Positions 39,402 through 47,230 of a stretch of 64,000 nt of DNA are shown here, piece by piece. Under the pieces are notes generated by a model. That model was not told the origin of the DNA. It was given only the letters and a program-made list of their open reading frames with translations, and did no database searches. The DNA is taken from the NCBI GenBank assembly GCA_964356915.1, contig CAYHJF010000001.1, positions 215,011-279,010 of the forward strand, written 5' to 3'. The translations under genes were made by a program, and so were the position numbers. This DNA is from an uncultured Candidatus Saccharibacteria bacterium. GTDB lineage: Bacteria > Patescibacteriota > Minisyncoccia > Ryanbacterales > GWA2-47-10b. Every line of letters begins with the position of its first letter. Positions within the stretch are counted from its first letter, which is position 1.

Positions 39402-39466
39402 AGGCCCTCCTTCTTGTAGTACTACTCTTTTCTTTCATTTCAAGCAACACTATACTTGTGAAGCAC

Positions 39467-40174
39467 ATGAATGATTTCCAGGTTCTATATGAAGATGAAG
39501 ATGTCGTGGTAATTTCAAAGCCTGCGGGTGTTGTCGTACATCGCGATGCACATCATATATCAGGGACAGTGGCAGACTGGTTTTTTGAGCAGCACCCAGA
39601 GGCACAATCCGTAGGAGAAAATCCTGATCGTCCGGGAGTTGTTCATCGGCTTGATAAAGATACGTCTGGCGCCTTGTTGTTATGCAAAAATCAAAAATCG
39701 TTTGAATATATGAAAAATCTTTTTCAGACGAGCGGCATACAGAAAACATATAAAGCACTTGTTGTTGGGATACCAATACAAGATCAAGGAGTGATCGATG
39801 AACCTATTGCTCGTTCGACAAAAAACTTTCAGAAACGTGTTGTTGGCGGGGAGCAGGGAAGATCTCGAGAAGCCATAACGGAATATATTACTACAGAAAA
39901 ATTTTCAAATTCTGGATACGCATTATTAGATGTATTGCCAAGGACAGGTCGTACACATCAAATTCGGTCACATTTTGCACACATTGGATTCCCGATTGCA
40001 TGTGATTATCTCTACGGAGGAAAGCGATATAAATGTCCCGTTGAGTCTGGACGACATATGCTCCACGCGTATTCGCTAGAGTGGACGTTGTTATCGGGGA
40101 AAAAGATTCAGGTCGTAGCTCCAATACCGCAGGACTTTGAAGACGTTCTCAAAATATTGCGTAAAAGTGGGTAA
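39467..40174 (+). CDS. RluA family pseudouridine synthase
   Basis: SKPAGVVVH, VHRLDKDTSG, TGRTHQIR. Confidence 0.95.
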   Translation: MNDFQVLYEDEDVVVISKPAGVVVHRDAHHISGTVADWFFEQHPEAQSVGENPDRPGVVHRLDKDTSGALLLCKNQKSFEYMKNLFQTSGIQKTYKALVVGIPIQDQGVIDEPIARSTKNFQKRVVGGEQGRSREAITEYITTEKFSNSGYALLDVLPRTGRTHQIRSHFAHIGFPIACDYLYGGKRYKCPVESGRHMLHAYSLEWTLLSGKKIQVVAPIPQDFEDVLKILRKSG

Positions 40175-40193
40175 TATGATATAAAAGAACCTT

Positions 40194-40556
40194 ATGAAAG
40201 CAAGCGAAGTGGACGTAAAGCCTGGTGATACAATACGGGTTGTCCAGAAAGTAAAAGAAGGGGAAAAGACGAGACTTCAGACTTTTGAAGGTCTTGTGAT
40301 CGCCTGTAAGCATGGCAAAGAGGCTGGCGCGACCTTTACCGTGCGCAAGGTTTCGGCAGGTGTTGGCGTTGAGCGTATTTTCCCAATTCATTCTCCGAAT
40401 ATCGATAAGGTAGAGATTATGCGACGCGCAACTCGCGTTCGCCGAGCGAAGTTATATTACATCCGTGAGAAAGCAGCTCGCGAGACTCGCAAGAAGATGA
40501 AGCAAGTTCGTTTCGAAGCTCCGAAAGAAGTAAAAGAGGTAAAGCCAGAAGAATAG
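40194..40556 (+). CDS. rplS: 50S ribosomal protein L19
   Basis: [34 protein letters not shown]. Confidence 0.97.
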   Translation: MKASEVDVKPGDTIRVVQKVKEGEKTRLQTFEGLVIACKHGKEAGATFTVRKVSAGVGVERIFPIHSPNIDKVEIMRRATRVRRAKLYYIREKAARETRKKMKQVRFEAPKEVKEVKPEE

Positions 40557-40642
40557 TTTCATTCAAAATCCCCGCTTGAGCGGGGATTTTGCTAGATTGA
40601 AAAGTATTGTAAGTCAGGTATAATCGAAAAGCATTTAACTAT

Positions 40643-40729
40643 GCGTAGGTGGCGGAATTGGCATACGCGCTAGGTTGAGGGCCTAGTTCCAGCAATGGAT
40701 TGGGGGTTCGAGTCCCCCTCTACGCACCA
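40643..40729 (+). tRNA. tRNA-Leu(GAG)
   Basis: CTAGG-TTGAGGG-CCTAG, long variable arm, encoded CCA. Confidence 0.95.
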
Positions 40730-40813
40730 AGAGAGTAGAGAGATTCTCGTTCTTTTTTAGGGAATCATTGATAAAATTAATATCTAGAAGTAATTTTATT
40801 TTGTAGTTCAAAT

Positions 40814-41260
40814 ATGTTCGATTTCTTATCTAAGAAGTTTTCAAAGCCAGAATTTTTAACAGTTGTAGCAACCTTACTAACAATTCTTGGTACTAGTTTT
40901 TCCGTGATGGCTACTAGCAAATCGGAAAGTGTCTTTTTAAAACAACAAGAAGTTATCAAAAATATTGCCTTAAGTGCTCAGCAACAGTCAGTACTTAATT
41001 TTGACCAGTTTGATTATGTTGTGGTTAGATGCTCTCTAGTGACTTCAGAAGATTGCAGGCATGCCAGACAGTCTTTAAAAGAAGAAGTCAAAAGAGTGCA
41101 AAATTTATCCGAAGAAACAATTATGCAAATGGAGGCTTTTACGGGGGATTTGGAGAAAGAATCGAAAGGCGCGACTCGTTGGAATTTTTTCGCCCTAGCA
41201 ATGCTTACATTGGCAACGATTTTACAAACTTATGTTATGCGGATACTAATCAGTACTTAA
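40814..41260 (+). CDS. Hypothetical protein with two TM segments
   Basis: 148-aa AT-rich ORF after tRNA-Leu; hydrophobic N- and C-terminal helices. Confidence 0.55.
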   Translation: MFDFLSKKFSKPEFLTVVATLLTILGTSFSVMATSKSESVFLKQQEVIKNIALSAQQQSVLNFDQFDYVVVRCSLVTSEDCRHARQSLKEEVKRVQNLSEETIMQMEAFTGDLEKESKGATRWNFFALAMLTLATILQTYVMRILIST

Positions 41261-41272
41261 TTTTGACCAGTT
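40988..41272 (+). repeat. Perfect 23-bp direct repeat
   Basis: TCAGTACTTAATTTTGACCAGTT at 40988-41010 and 41250-41272. Confidence 0.9.
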
Positions 41273-41367
41273 CACAGGTTTAATAGGTGGGTCCTGACTC
41301 AAATCACTTTTTATATAAATAAAAAAGCGGCTTGGGATTATCACGCCGCTAGTTTTTGCTTTAGATA

Positions 41368-41586
41368 TTAGTGAGTTTCGAGGGCGCGAGAAGGGTCTGT
41401 CTCACGAGCTGTCCTCATATATTCCTCAGTTCGATTTGTAATAGTGCGTAAGTCACTTACACTGATTCGTGTAAAGCCACCAACGTCAGCTCTGCTTGTG
41501 AAAAATCCTTCGCGATCAATATAGCCTACTGGCTTACTATTTACATCAACTCGCAGGCCACCTGCTGTTAGGGGGAATGTAACCAC
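41368..41586 (-). CDS. Small orphan protein
   Basis: TTGACA(41641-41636)-17-TACCAT promoter, AGGAGG SD, GTG start, hairpin downstream. Confidence 0.65.
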   Translation of the reverse strand: MVTFPLTAGGLRVDVNSKPVGYIDREGFFTSRADVGGFTRISVSDLRTITNRTEEYMRTARETDPSRALETH

Positions 41587-41707
41587 GAAGTCCTCCTAGG
41601 GAAACTAACAAGATGGTAGGTAGAATAGTATCTCGTGTCAATTCTTAGTTGAAATAAAAAAATCACCGCATACGGGTTGCGGCGATTTTTTTAGTTAGCC
41701 TTCAAGA

Positions 41708-42406
41708 CTAATTATTAGTACGGAAGGTGTTTGGCCATACCATACTCATATTGCCTACACTATCAACGCCTCGAACGAGGTAGTGATAGAGGGTGTTTGG
41801 CTGAAGGTTTGAAACTGTGACTGTGTGGTTTGTTTGTGAACCACCCGCATCGAGTGCAAGCGCTCCGCTTACGTATGGCTGTTGACGAGGTCCAGTTGCT
41901 TCGTCTGCACGAAGTGCCGTGGTATCCCAATATACTTGGCCTTGAGTAGGCTCGTTCGTTGTCCACGTAAATGTCGCGGTAGTGTTGGTGCGCTCAACTT
42001 GTGGAGTACTCAAGACGGGTACGGTGTCCCAAGAGACTTGGCTACCAGAGCCCATGAGAGCATTAATTCTTGCCATGGTTGTAGGTCCGACACGGCCATA
42101 ACCAGTAGTTTCAGGTGTTCCGCTCGAAACGATTCCCTGCGCAGCTTGGAATCTCTGTACTCCAGCTTGAGTAAGGGGGCCAAAAAATCCGGTGATAAGA
42201 CCTGATGGATAGATGCTCGCGTTCGTGGCGAGATATGTTTGAAGTTGAGTAACCTCAGATCCCGTTGCGCCAAGATCTAAATGGTTGGTTATCGCGGCGT
42301 AGGCAGTTTGAATCCCAAAAAATGAGATAAAGAGCGTTGCCGTTACCGTTCCTCCAGAGAGAAGAACTTTGCGCAACGCGCCTTGTAGTTTGATTGTATT
42401 ATTCAT
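41708..42406 (-). CDS. Secreted peptidoglycan-binding + fibronectin III domain protein
   Basis: Signal peptide; LGATGSEVTQLQTYL..TGFFGPLTQAGVQRFQ; FN3 motifs FTWTTNE, NLQPNTLYHY. Confidence 0.88.
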   Translation of the reverse strand: MNNTIKLQGALRKVLLSGGTVTATLFISFFGIQTAYAAITNHLDLGATGSEVTQLQTYLATNASIYPSGLITGFFGPLTQAGVQRFQAAQGIVSSGTPETTGYGRVGPTTMARINALMGSGSQVSWDTVPVLSTPQVERTNTTATFTWTTNEPTQGQVYWDTTALRADEATGPRQQPYVSGALALDAGGSQTNHTVTVSNLQPNTLYHYLVRGVDSVGNMSMVWPNTFRTNN

Positions 42407-42492
42407 AATTATTTTTTTCTTTAGACGTTAAGTAGAGGTTCATAGTGTTGGTTGCATAATCGACCGCCTTATGTGTAACCTCTGCTACCTAA

Positions 42493-42518
42493 GCCGTCTG
42501 AAGGGTATGGGCATTACA
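42493..42518 (-). promoter_or_regulatory. Putative ECF promoter TGTAAT-N16-CGGC
   Basis: Upstream of the PG-binding gene; one of five copies. Confidence 0.7.
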
Positions 42519-42617
42519 GTCACTTTTTGTGTTTTTTGGCATTCTTCCATAGGAACCAAGTACGAAAAACTTTTTCGTACTTGGTTCGAGTGGCGCGCAA
42601 GATGAAAAATAATTCTT

Positions 42618-43199
42618 TTAGGATTTCTTTTTAAGTTCGTTAATTTCTCTTTGTAGGGTGGAGATATGTGTTTCCATGCGTTCCGCTTGTTGTGCCATTT
42701 TCGTTTCAAACTCATTTGTATGGTCAGCAAGTTTTTTAGCAACGGCCATCATTTCCGTGATATCTTCCATGGCAAGAAGTATGATAGGCGGAAATATTTC
42801 TGAAGCAGCATTTTCTTTAAAATAAATTCGCCGCGCGTTTAAGATCATGACTTTACGTCCAATAGAGGGGAATTCATGGGCAACTTCAAAACCTTTGAAG
42901 AATGTATTTTTTGGAAGGATATCCTCAAGAAGTTTTCGTAGGGCGGGAATATCCCATTGGCCATTTCCGAGCTCGTATACGATTTTGTGTTCGGTATCTT
43001 TCAGTTCAGCTTGAAAGGTTCGATAAAATGGTTCATTTGCTGCCATTACGCGGAAGTCTTTATCAAGAATTAAGACTGGTTCGCGTACGACATCTACCAC
43101 GGTTTTGATGTATGTCCAACTCTCTTCCCATAAGTGCTCAAAGAAATCGGCTCCGACGGATGTAGGAAGTTTTTCGTTACTGTTTTTATGTGAGTCCAT
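42618..43199 (-). CDS. PAS domain protein with C-terminal coiled coil
   Basis: TVVDVVREPVLILD, YELGNGQWDIPALRKLLE, ILNARR, ILLAMEDIT (PAS of the type found in CheB/CheR fusions). Confidence 0.85.
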   Translation of the reverse strand: MDSHKNSNEKLPTSVGADFFEHLWEESWTYIKTVVDVVREPVLILDKDFRVMAANEPFYRTFQAELKDTEHKIVYELGNGQWDIPALRKLLEDILPKNTFFKGFEVAHEFPSIGRKVMILNARRIYFKENAASEIFPPIILLAMEDITEMMAVAKKLADHTNEFETKMAQQAERMETHISTLQREINELKKKS

Positions 43200-43208
43200 A
43201 ACAAAAAA

Positions 43209-43234
43209 GACGTACAGATAGTAAGCTTATTACA
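43209..43234 (-). promoter_or_regulatory. Putative ECF promoter TGTAAT-N16-CGTC
   Basis: The -10 element ends 9 nt before the PAS gene ATG. Confidence 0.7.
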
Positions 43235-43280
43235 GCACACTAAGAAGATGAGTCTATAGATTTTTTGTTTTGAAAATGAT

Positions 43281-43532
43281 TTATACTTTTCGCAACATTT
43301 TTATAACAGCAATAAACACAACAGCTCCAATAAGTGCAACGATAAAACCATAAATATTGAAGCTGGTCATGCCACTTTGGCCAAAGAGGCTCATAAGCCA
43401 CCCGCCAATAACAGCACCTACAATACCAACGACGATATTTAATATCATGCCCTGCTGGGCATCAGTTTTCATAATAAGAGATGCAACCCAACCAACCAAT
43501 GCGCCGAAGATAATCCAAAGAATGATTCCCAT
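43281..43532 (-). CDS. GlsB/YeaQ/YmgE (transglycosylase-associated) stress membrane protein
   Basis: WIIFGALVGWVAS, NIVVGIVGAVIGG, ALIGAV. Confidence 0.93.
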   Translation of the reverse strand: MGIILWIIFGALVGWVASLIMKTDAQQGMILNIVVGIVGAVIGGWLMSLFGQSGMTSFNIYGFIVALIGAVVFIAVIKMLRKV

Positions 43533-43587
43533 AAGCTGTTTTAGTAAAGATCCAGTAATACGACGATAACTTTTATTTTTTTATTAG

Positions 43588-43947
43588 TTATACGTTCTCT
43601 TGTTTTTCGAGCTTTTTCGCTGCTTCAGGAGTTGATACCGTCTTGCTCATAACAAGAAGTTGGATGATTCCCGCAGCCACAAGCCAATAGACAGCCATTG
43701 CGAGTAACGTCGTCCACTCAAAGATGTTTCCCTGTACATTGGTAACTCGAAAGACGGCTAAGAAAGGTGAGACAAACGGTAAAGACATGCTATACACGAA
43801 GTTGGTAAACCCTGCCACGCGATTCGCTTCGAATAATTTGAGAAAAAATCGAAAAAAGAGTAAGACTTCAAGAATGACGAGAGCAGACCAGACGATCTGA
43901 CTCGCTCGAAATATTGGTTTTGTGCTCGGAGAGGTGTAAGAGTCCAT
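43588..43947 (-). CDS. YggT-like membrane protein
   Basis: LEVLLFFRFFLKLF, FTNFVYSMSLPFVSPF, TLLAMAVY. Confidence 0.8.
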   Translation of the reverse strand: MDSYTSPSTKPIFRASQIVWSALVILEVLLFFRFFLKLFEANRVAGFTNFVYSMSLPFVSPFLAVFRVTNVQGNIFEWTTLLAMAVYWLVAAGIIQLLVMSKTVSTPEAAKKLEKQENV

Positions 43948-44092
43948 ATAATTTTGAAAGCTAAATTTTTAATAGAATAGTTTGAGAGCAAGGTAAAAAT
44001 GACGGTCAAATGAGGAATGATAATCAAGGAAAGATAAAGTATAAGATTTGAGTGTCTTTTATATCCTCTGATTATCTAGTCCCAATATTCTT

Positions 44093-44118
44093 GCCGTTTG
44101 AGTGAGGGTGGTGTTACA
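44093..44118 (-). promoter_or_regulatory. Putative ECF promoter TGTAAC-N16-CGGC
   Basis: Upstream of the YggT-like/GlsB pair. Confidence 0.65.
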
Positions 44119-44329
44119 AAGCTTTAAATATATTTTGAATAACAAGTCATATGTATAAACAATAAACACTCGTAGTCATTACGTACCAAGACGAGTGTTT
44201 ATTGCAGACCAATCATGTGCGATTTACGAATAGTATGTTATTTTCGTACTCTTATAGTTTTAGTTAGAAACCTAGAATTTTATATACATAAGTTAGTATT
44301 AGAAAAGCGTCGACCTTTCTAAAATTAAG

Positions 44330-44355
44330 GCCGTTGCGGACGATGTTTTATGACA
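44330..44355 (-). promoter_or_regulatory. Putative ECF promoter TGTCAT-N16-CGGC
   Basis: Same spacing; reads towards the hairpin at 44161-44203. Confidence 0.55.
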
Positions 44356-44536
44356 ACAATTTAGCAGAGTATTAATTATTGAGACTCAATCAAGATTTAC
44401 TTTTTTAGTTGCAGGCTGAGGCATAAGTTTTGTCTGTTTTATGAGCTAAAAGATTCTTGTATGGCATGAGCTGTAAGTGTGCTACGCTAAGGGTCCAAGC
44501 ACTCTTTTCTCTATTACAGCATTGCTGTAATACCTC

Positions 44537-44562
44537 TGTAATAGAATATCGTCAGGCTCGGC
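44537..44562 (+). promoter_or_regulatory. Putative autoregulatory ECF promoter TGTAAT-N16-CGGC
   Basis: The -10 element ends 7 nt before the sigma factor ATG. Confidence 0.7.
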
Positions 44563-44569
44563 TTAACTT

Positions 44570-45160
44570 ATGATGACCCCAAAACAGGAGGTACAACGAA
44601 AGGCGATATTGGTTATGACGCACCATGATTATGGGAGAGCGCTCAATACGCATGCCTTTTTTAAGATACATGATCATACAGTAGGTGAAGATTTAGTTCA
44701 GGATACTTTCATAAAGACATGGATTTATCTTGTTCGGGGCGGGAAGATAGATACTATGAAAGCCTTTCTTTACCATGTTTTAAATAATCTTATCGTAGAT
44801 GAGTATCGAAAGCGTAAGACAACTTCGCTCGACGTTCTTCTTGAGAAGGGCTTTGAGCCAAGCGCCGATGATTCAGGGCGTCTCGTTAATATTTTGGATG
44901 GTAAGGCCGCAGTGCTTTTAATACAGCGTCTTCCCGCAAAATATCAAAAAGTAATGCAGATGCGATACGTACAAGATCTTTCATTGAAAGAGATGACGTT
45001 TATCACGGGGCAGACAAGAAATGCGATTGCGGTACAGGCACATCGAGGACTCGAGAAACTTAAATTGCTGTATAACGCCGGAGAAGTGGGGGGGGTGAAT
45101 GAAAGAAGAAGCATAGAAAATGTTTTCAATTTTTCGAAAAAAAAGTTCGATTTAGAATGA
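44570..45160 (+). CDS. ECF-type RNA polymerase sigma factor
   Basis: GEDLVQDTFIKTW, AFLYHVLNNLIVDEYRK (region 2); LPAKYQKV..LSLKEM..HRGLEKL (region 4). Confidence 0.92.
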   Translation: MMTPKQEVQRKAILVMTHHDYGRALNTHAFFKIHDHTVGEDLVQDTFIKTWIYLVRGGKIDTMKAFLYHVLNNLIVDEYRKRKTTSLDVLLEKGFEPSADDSGRLVNILDGKAAVLLIQRLPAKYQKVMQMRYVQDLSLKEMTFITGQTRNAIAVQAHRGLEKLKLLYNAGEVGGVNERRSIENVFNFSKKKFDLE

Positions 45161-45199
45161 GGGCTTGATTTCATGGTTAATATATGGTATTCTTAAAGC

Positions 45200-45439
45200 G
45201 TGAAGAGCAAAAATAAAGAATATGAATTGAGCCAAGTTAAAACTTCGTTTATAGCCTTTTTAGAGTCGTATAATAAAAGTATCCCAACGAGTTTTCCTCA
45301 GGCTTCAGAAAGAGTGCTCCAAGAATTTAAGAAGGCTCACCCATCTCTTTTTAAATCCGGGAATGATGAACAGTGGTCTATAGAGGTTCATCGCAAGAGA
45401 TTGATGGACTGGCTTTCATCAAATCGCGAAATTGCCTAA
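45200..45439 (+). CDS. Hypothetical protein downstream of the ECF sigma
   Basis: 79 aa; TGGTATTCT 6 nt before GTG; terminator at 45458-45500. Confidence 0.7.
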   Translation: MKSKNKEYELSQVKTSFIAFLESYNKSIPTSFPQASERVLQEFKKAHPSLFKSGNDEQWSIEVHRKRLMDWLSSNREIA

Positions 45440-45560
45440 ATAGTTTGCTCAAAAATAAAAAACAAAAAACCGTTGCTCAAGGCCACGGTTTTTTGTTTTT
45501 GTGATAGTACACGTATGGTGGGTAGAAAATAATGAAAATAAAAAACCCAGATAATATAAT

Positions 45561-46604
45561 CTAGGTTCTGATAGCGGGGTCGCTCGAGAGTGAAAGGCCG
45601 CGTGTATGTACGACGGCACGAACGAGACTTACAAGTTTGGCAAAATTTGCCGGCTTGAGAGATTGGCGTCCGTCTACGAGTGCCTGTGTTGGATCGGGAT
45701 GTACATCGACGATGATGCCGTCCGCGATTGTTGCAACTGCAACCGCGACTGGTATGACGAGTTCCCAGTAGCCAGTCCCATGCGATGGGTCAACAACAAT
45801 AGGAAGGTCAGTTAGTTGCCGTAGTCGAGCAAGTGAGCAAAGGCCGATATCATTTCGTACGTGTGTTGGGGACTCATATGTGCGAGTTCCGCGGAAGCAG
45901 AGAATGACATCTGGGTTTCCTTCAGCAAGGATATATTCTGCAGCCGATAGAAGCTCTTCGAGTGTTGATGAGAGTGCATTTTTCAGTAGTACAGGTTTTC
46001 GTCTTCTGCCAACTTCGCGTAATAGATCAAAGTTTTGCATATTACGCGCTCCGATTTGGAAGACATCGGTATAATCTCCAACAGTTTCCACGAGGTCTGG
46101 ATGCATAACCTCCGTTACCGATGGAATATCGAAGGTATCAGAAACGCGTTTAAGGTATTCCAAACCTTCTACGCCAAGGCCCTGAAAATCGTACGGCCGT
46201 GTGCGAGGTTTGTATGCTCCTCCGCGCAAAACATCTGCGCCTTCGCTGACTACAATCCCTGCAGTTTCATAGAGCTGATGGTATGATTCGATCGCGCATG
46301 GACCGGCAAAGATAGAAAAGACCCCTCCGCCGACAACATGATTTTTGATACGAACGGTTCGCGTGGACTTTCCTCGTCGAACTGTGAGCTTGTACGGAGT
46401 TGATACGGGGATGACGCTTGCAACACCGGGAAGTGTTGAGAAGTGTTCGCAGAGCCCTCCGCGCGCGTCACCGAGTACTCCAATGACGCAAATAATCGTT
46501 TCTTCGGGGCCGGATATAACATTTGGTTCCAAACTTCGATTTCGAATGTCGTCACATATACGCCGAATCACCGCCTCGTCGTTATTTATGAGCTTGATGA
46601 TCAT
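45561..46604 (-). CDS. aroF: DAHP synthase, type I-beta with N-terminal ACT-like domain (diverged)
   Basis: AGPCAIES, RGGAYKPRT, QIGARNMQNF, DPSHGTG, DGRQSL; TTGACA-17-TAGGGT promoter, AGAGGAG SD. Confidence 0.85.
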   Translation of the reverse strand: MIIKLINNDEAVIRRICDDIRNRSLEPNVISGPEETIICVIGVLGDARGGLCEHFSTLPGVASVIPVSTPYKLTVRRGKSTRTVRIKNHVVGGGVFSIFAGPCAIESYHQLYETAGIVVSEGADVLRGGAYKPRTRPYDFQGLGVEGLEYLKRVSDTFDIPSVTEVMHPDLVETVGDYTDVFQIGARNMQNFDLLREVGRRRKPVLLKNALSSTLEELLSAAEYILAEGNPDVILCFRGTRTYESPTHVRNDIGLCSLARLRQLTDLPIVVDPSHGTGYWELVIPVAVAVATIADGIIVDVHPDPTQALVDGRQSLKPANFAKLVSLVRAVVHTRGLSLSSDPAIRT

Positions 46605-46743
46605 CTCACTTTTGCTCCTCTGGTCAAAGAAAAACTACCCAAACCCTAGCGATAGAATGGGTGGGTGTCAATGAGAGAGGTTCGATTGTTTTTCCTTAAA
46701 CTTTCGATATACTTGCGCCAGAGGTTGAGGAGGAGGCGGAGGA

Positions 46744-47046
46744 ATGTTTATTGGTCAATATGAAAATCGTGTAGATAAAAAGGGGCGAGTTGTATTTCCT
46801 GCGGCATTTCGAGAGCGTTGCAGGGGATCAGTCTTTCTTTGGTGGCATCGGAATGTACTAAAGATATATTGCGAGCTTCCAGTTATTACCTCAAAAGAAG
46901 CCCCATTTGTTATCGAGATTCAGATCGATAGTCAGGGGCGTATCTTACTCCCAGAGCGTCAAAGGAAATTTTTGGCTATAGAATTTGGCGATACGCTCAT
47001 ATTTTCGGGTAGACTAACTCATATTGAGGTTGCTAGGCAATCATAA
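46744..47046 (+). CDS. mraZ: MraZ-like AbrB-fold protein (short, outside a dcw cluster)
   Basis: MFIGQYENRVDKKGRVVFPAAFR and IDSQGRILLP; GGAGGAGG SD; own terminator. Confidence 0.75.
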   Translation: MFIGQYENRVDKKGRVVFPAAFRERCRGSVFLWWHRNVLKIYCELPVITSKEAPFVIEIQIDSQGRILLPERQRKFLAIEFGDTLIFSGRLTHIEVARQS

Positions 47047-47230
47047 TCCCGCAAAAGCGGGGTTTTTATTTTAAAAAAAACTAGCGTTGGTCGAGTTAAT
47101 TGCGGATATTTAAAGAATCTCCGAGCTTCTATATAAGGAAGAGATATGAACAAAAGCATTGGTTTAGCAGGTTTTTTCTATTGTGAGAGTGATATAATAG
47201 AAAGGCGTATTAAGCTTTAATAAAAATTAC

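Noticed and set aside
44493-44518. Sixth ECF promoter on the - strand
   Set aside because: TGTAAT is present but the element 16 bp away is GGAC, not CG(G/T)C
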